NCBI RefSeq assembly: GCF_030646925.1
Contig: NZ_JAUSKL010000102.1
Location: forward strand, 3,457 to 67,456
From: Candidatus Binatus sp.
GTDB lineage: Bacteria; Desulfobacterota; Binatia; Binatales; Binataceae
Length of the DNA: 64,000 nucleotides
Reading direction: 5' to 3'
The translations under genes were made by a program, and so were the position numbers. This document shows positions 63,740 to 64,000 of the stretch, piece by piece (position 1 is the stretch's first letter; every line of letters starts with the position of its first letter). Below the pieces are notes generated by a model that saw only the letters and a list, made by a program, of their open reading frames with translations, did no database searches and was not told the DNA's origin.

Positions 63740-64000
63740 GTCATTTCGAGCGCAGCGAGAAATCCCGGATCCGGGTTTCACGCCTCGTCGCTTCGCTTGC
63801 TCCGGATGACACGGAACCGCTCCGCTCTTTCTCTCATCCTGAATATGTGGTTGCCCTTCCCGTCATCTTGAGCCGAAGCCCTGAGCGAAGTCGAACGGGC
63901 AGGCTGCCGCAGTCGAAAGATCATCGAGACTCCTTCTCTGGCGCGCGATCCGGCACCCTCACCCGCCGATCCCTCCCTTCGTTCGGTTTCGGCGACCTCT
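63740..64000. repeat. cluster of short REP-like elements running to the window edge
   Basis: gtcatttcgagcgcagcgagaaatcc (63740-63765), followed by the palindrome cccggatccggg. Then gtcatcttgagccgaagccctgagcgaagtcgaacggg (63862-63899). Then gcgatccggcaccctcacc (63945-63963), which equals 11151-11169. Confidence 0.7.

Noticed and set aside
63563-63781. 72-aa ORF (minus) upstream of the tRNA
   Set aside because: It arises from translating a REP-like element (ISRCARNDP signature). There is no RBS and no coding-like composition.

Overview
This is a 64-kb high-GC chromosomal segment. Spot counts give about 65-67% GC in core genes. It comes from a diderm bacterium (lptB, GspC-like protein, murA, PBP5-type DD-carboxypeptidase, phosphatidylcholine synthase); I cannot assign a taxon by eye. 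I support about 58 protein-coding genes or gene remnants and one tRNA (Arg-CCG). I found no rRNA and no CRISPR array. Core content is the rpmE-prfA-prmC-murA-hisD-hisB-hisA block (28.1-34.4 kb), glpK, a GCS2-type glutamate-cysteine ligase, thiD-tenA, sppA, three tandem luciferase-like monooxygenase paralogs, a NarL-type two-component pair, and assorted hydrolases, GNATs and stress proteins. Because of the GC richness, the six-frame track is dominated by long Arg/Ala-rich antisense or off-frame ORFs, which I discarded. One real gene (1..1930, minus strand) is missing from the track because it runs off the window edge. Four lower-GC accessory islets (about 40-55% GC by hand counts) are embedded in the core. 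(i) 5.1-7.15 kb holds an odd peptidoglycan-hydrolase/secreted-module composite gene preceded by a perfect 19-bp inverted repeat. (ii) 19.6-22.9 kb holds a single 1032-aa nucleoside-phosphorylase(PNP)-TPR protein with no NTPase module. This is my best candidate for an undescribed NLR-like sensor-effector. (iii) 50.9-52.3 kb holds a signal-peptide-bearing tail-fibre-like protein with thirteen 17-residue repeats and an S74 intramolecular-chaperone domain. (iv) 61.3-63.5 kb is a decayed 2.2-kb integrative islet in tRNA-Arg, bounded by a 29-bp direct repeat, carrying a truncated integrase, a membrane-anchored HIRAN protein and a small nuclease-like ORF. Other points of note are a tight phosphatase-pcs-unknown operon, a PfkB-SIS fusion operon, a decayed biotin carboxylase, and at least three families of short REP-like repeats. 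All functional calls come from motif recognition by eye; no database search was run.
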